DNA from: Nageia nagi
Lineage: Eukaryota > Plantae > Pinophyta
NCBI GenBank assembly: GCA_050084985.1
Contig: JBITNC010000001.1
Location: 103,168,001 to 103,232,000 of the forward strand
Reading direction: 5' to 3'
Length of the DNA: 64,000 nucleotides
Shown: one piece after another, positions 60,449 through 64,000 of the stretch
Layout of the letters: every line of letters begins with the position of its first letter
How positions within the stretch are numbered: the stretch's first letter is position 1
Program-made: the position numbers and the translations under genes
Notes under the pieces: model-generated
Seen by the model: the letters and a program-made list of their open reading frames with translations, nothing else
Database searches by the model: none
Told to the model about the DNA's origin: nothing

Positions 60449-63400
60449 TGTTGGAATGTATAATACATTATTGTAAGGCTTTGTAATATTTTTTGTAAAT
60501 TCACCAATACTTAAAGATATCACTAGATACCTTATGCATTTAAGTAAATATGATAATGTAACTTGTCTTACACTCCTTCTCATGAGCATGCCCCTTGGGT
60601 AAAAGGGTGAAGAATGTCATATTTTTATAATATGGTTAAAATGATGATCCAAGGGAAAATTTTGGCCTATAAATAAAATGTCCTCACCTTGTGATTACAC
60701 ACCAAAATGTTGAAGCAAAGTTATGCTTTAGGATTAATATTAAGAGAAGAAGAAAGAGGTCTTGTAAGAGAGTTATCTTTATAATAAGAAATATCTTAAG
60801 TATTGTATGTACTCTCTTGTATGAGAGGAACTATTTTATATGTGTGTCAAATTTGTAATATTGGTTATTATGTTTATGCTTTGAGAATTGATGTTTAAGA
60901 GAACTTTCAAATGATCTTAGTAGATTAAGATTTTTAGTCTTTTAGAATTAAATCTTTCATATGGTATCAAAGTTTATTGTGAAAGCTCATCTTCAATATC
61001 CTTGAAGGTTCATCCTACTCATTCACCCATCTACTTTGGTGAGGTAAAATATTTGAAGGTATAATGTTCTCTTTCTTCTTTCAAGATTATTTTTTTACCT
61101 CATAGCTTACTAACATTGTATGTGTTAGCTACAATTTTTTTATGAAAATTTGTTTAAAATATATTATTGTTACAATTTTCTACTAACTTTTTATGGTAGT
61201 TGCAATTTGTTTTTATAAACTTTTGCCTAAAATAGAATGTAACAATAATATAGTGTTGAGAGCATTTAGTTTGACTAAATTTGCAATTTTTTTTATTTGT
61301 TGTGTATAAAAATTACAATTTTTTTACAAATTTATAGTTTTGCAAAATTATTGTAATTTTTTTATAATATAAAAGTTTTAACCAAAGGGGAAGACATATA
61401 TACTGCATTAAAGTTTTTTTGATAGATAATTAAAAAAAGGAAGGAATTACTTATGTTATAACATTATTTTAAATAAAATATTATTTTTTTAAATATAAAG
61501 GAGCAACATATTTTTTACAATTAAAAAATATGTTCAAAATATTTTTGAACAATATTTAATCAAAAAGTATAATGGTATACCACTATTTTTGAACAATATA
61601 TTGAATTGTTTTGGTGCAATCTTCTCCATTAGTACACCAGTCCAAGCTGGATTTTTATTTTATGTTTCAAATTTTTGAAGGGCGAGGGATGAGGTTCGAC
61701 CACCACCTGCACGATGACCAACCCTTGGGCAGACCGCATGGTGGCCAACCCCTGGTCAGCCCAAGTGGTGGCCTTCCCTTGCATCTCCTCAACCCTTAAC
61801 TGCTTTATTCTGATGTTTAGCTCTACCACGGTTGCTAGATAATGTTTGAGAAGTTAAAAAAAAAAGGGGAGAAAATTTTAGTGAAATTATTAAAGGTAAA
61901 ATTTAAATTACTAAAGGGGATGTAGAATTTGTTTTTTATGGAAATTATTTTAAGTGTTAAAAGGTAAGGAATATATAACTTTTTTAACATTTTCATATAC
62001 TAAGGTAAGATTTTGGGGGTAATTTTTTTTCCTTAATGTTCATTTGTTTAAGAAAAATTGCAAGTATTTTTACCTAAGTACCTTTAAAAGGATGAATGTT
62101 TGTTGGGTAAAAATGTGGCAATATTTATTTTCTTTATTTGGTAAAATTATAAATAAGAAAATTTAAATACATGATTGGAATTTTTTTTTCAAAGTTCAAA
62201 ATGTTTAAGTAAATAAGGAAATATTTTTTTATTTAAAAGTAGTGAACTTATGGAAAATTATGGAACATATGTAAAGAGATCCTTTTGGGGTTAGTAACAA
62301 AACTCATTGGACTCTTAGGATTCAATTTTACTATTGGATGATGTATCATTTATTTTACGTGCTTTACTTTATGTTATGCTTTTTGCTTATTTTTGAAAAA
62401 ATCATAAACATTGAAAGTGCACCCCTAAAATGAATGCATGCACATGTATATTTTGAAACATGACTTTTTTGGGGAGCCATAAGGTGAGGACAAAGCATAT
62501 AGAAGCCTTCAATCTGATGATCCAAATGATAAAAAGTTTGTACATCTTAATTTTCTTTAAGTCCTCTATTAATTTGAACATAACTCTATATAGGTGGATA
62601 CATATGTGTGTAATGATACCATATGTATGCATGTCCATTTAGAGATTATCTTGATAAAACTTGAAACCTAATCAAGATAATATTTTGGTCGATTCAACAT
62701 ATGTCACAACCTTAGAAAATAGTTAGTACTCCTCCTTGTGAGAGTATATTACTGACCAAGGAAAACTAGTTGAAGATTAGTAGGACCTAAGCTCCATCTT
62801 GTTGGCATCCAAGTGAAGACCTAATTTTAGACAAAAAATAAATCTTAACTTTATCCCTCTCTATAACCATGATACTTGGTTATGATAAAATGTTAGATGT
62901 ATGGAAAGTATTTGATTCTATAGTAAACTTATGCATATGTGAAATTTCTTAAACAAGTTAATCATGCCTTTTTTATTATCTTTGATCAAAATTTATCATG
63001 TATTAATTCAACATATATGGTTGATTAATGTAAACATGTATGAATGATTAAACTCAATATGTATAGTTGGATTATTTAAATATGCTTACATTTACTAATA
63101 TTTTCACTTTTTTATGTATCAAATGGGAGATACCTTTATACTTAAGCACATTATCAATGGTTCTAACTATGGTATTTGGGAACCTTGGATGAAATTTGAA
63201 TTGCAAGCAAGAAAATTATGAAAAATAGTTAGTAAGAACCTAGTTTCTCTTACATATGAGAAAGAACTTAAGACTTACAACATAAAGAATGAGTTGGCAA
63301 CCTCTATAATTTTTTAAGTAATGTCAGATGAAGTGCTTCTTATGATCTCTTCATCAACCTCTACAAAGAAAGCTTAGGATAGGCTTAAGAAAATCTAACT

Positions 63401-64000
63401 AGGGTTCAAATTTTTAATAAGCTTCACCATTCTCTAAAACTTACTTCAATATCATCAAAAAAAAGATAAAAATATTACCATCTATTTGAATAGGATCATT
63501 GATCTTAGAATCTAAATTGTTAGTTATGGCTATAATTAGATCAATGATGAGTTCATAGTTTTCATCATTCTTTAAAACCTTTATTAAAAGTTAAATAACT
63601 TTATGATAGTTATTGAGACTAGACTTGATGATGAAGAAGAAGTATTTTCTCTCGAGAACCTTTTAAGGATCCTTCTAAAGTATGAGAAAAATATTAATAA
63701 AAAGGTGTTGATCTCTTCTTCAAAGGATAATAACGTTGCTCTAGGAGTAACCAAAATGCCTTTCAAAAAGAAGTGAAAGCATCAAAAGAAATATTTTCTT
63801 GCTACCACTAATAAGTTTGAAAAGAAGGTAAATATTAACTTTAAGCAAAGAGATGGAAAGGGCAAGGCAAATAAATCAAATCTCAAAAAATAATTTCATG
63901 GTAATTTTAACTTTTATGTTGGCTATGGTCATAAAAAATTTGATTGCTAAAAAAAGAAAAGAGATGAAAAGAATAAGGGAAATAGAAATGTGAATAACTT
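60449..64000 (+). mobile_element. Copia element D, 5' part (related to element C)
   Basis: LTR 60449-60959 (TGTTGG...TTTCA), PBS TGGTATCAAAG at 60962-60972. Leader is similar to element C (CTTCAA.ATCCTTGAAGG; GTAACAAAAC.CATTGGA). Confidence 0.85.
63123..64000 (+). pseudogene. Copia gag (degenerate), runs off the window
   Basis: MGDTFILKHIINGSNYGIWEPWMKFELQARKL*KIV; STKKA*DRLK; zinc-knuckle remnant YVGYGHKKFDC. Confidence 0.85.

Overview
AT-rich, CpG/CHG-depleted plant DNA. It is probably gymnosperm or conifer, inferred from the element types and PPR motif style. The window is almost entirely nested, decayed transposons, and I see no intact host gene, RNA gene or CRISPR array. Left to right: (1) the 3' part of a long Gypsy LTR (1-4950); (2) a minus-strand gag remnant; (3) an Ogre/Retand-type Tat element (about 6416-29224) with an archaeal-type RNase H, an antisense Plant Mobile Domain ORF and a nested Copia; (4) a minus-strand Tat pol remnant interrupted by a Copia (32645-37620) and a solo LTR; (5) a minus-strand Copia split by a Tekay/Del chromovirus (40434-52399), a CACTA element (52437-53566) and a gag-protease-only Gypsy; (6) the 5' end of another Copia (60449-end). 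The main observation is that three different LTR-retrotransposon families (two related Gypsy LTRs and one Copia) each carry a 0.8-1 kb cassette of compressed PLS-class pentatricopeptide-repeat (PPR) gene fragments. Each cassette lies just downstream of the element promoter and is antisense to the element transcript. In two of the families the cassette also retains CpGs. This suggests a retrotransposon-borne, TAS-like antisense-PPR small-RNA or camouflage module. All alignments and translations were done by eye, so boundaries are approximate unless a motif is quoted.
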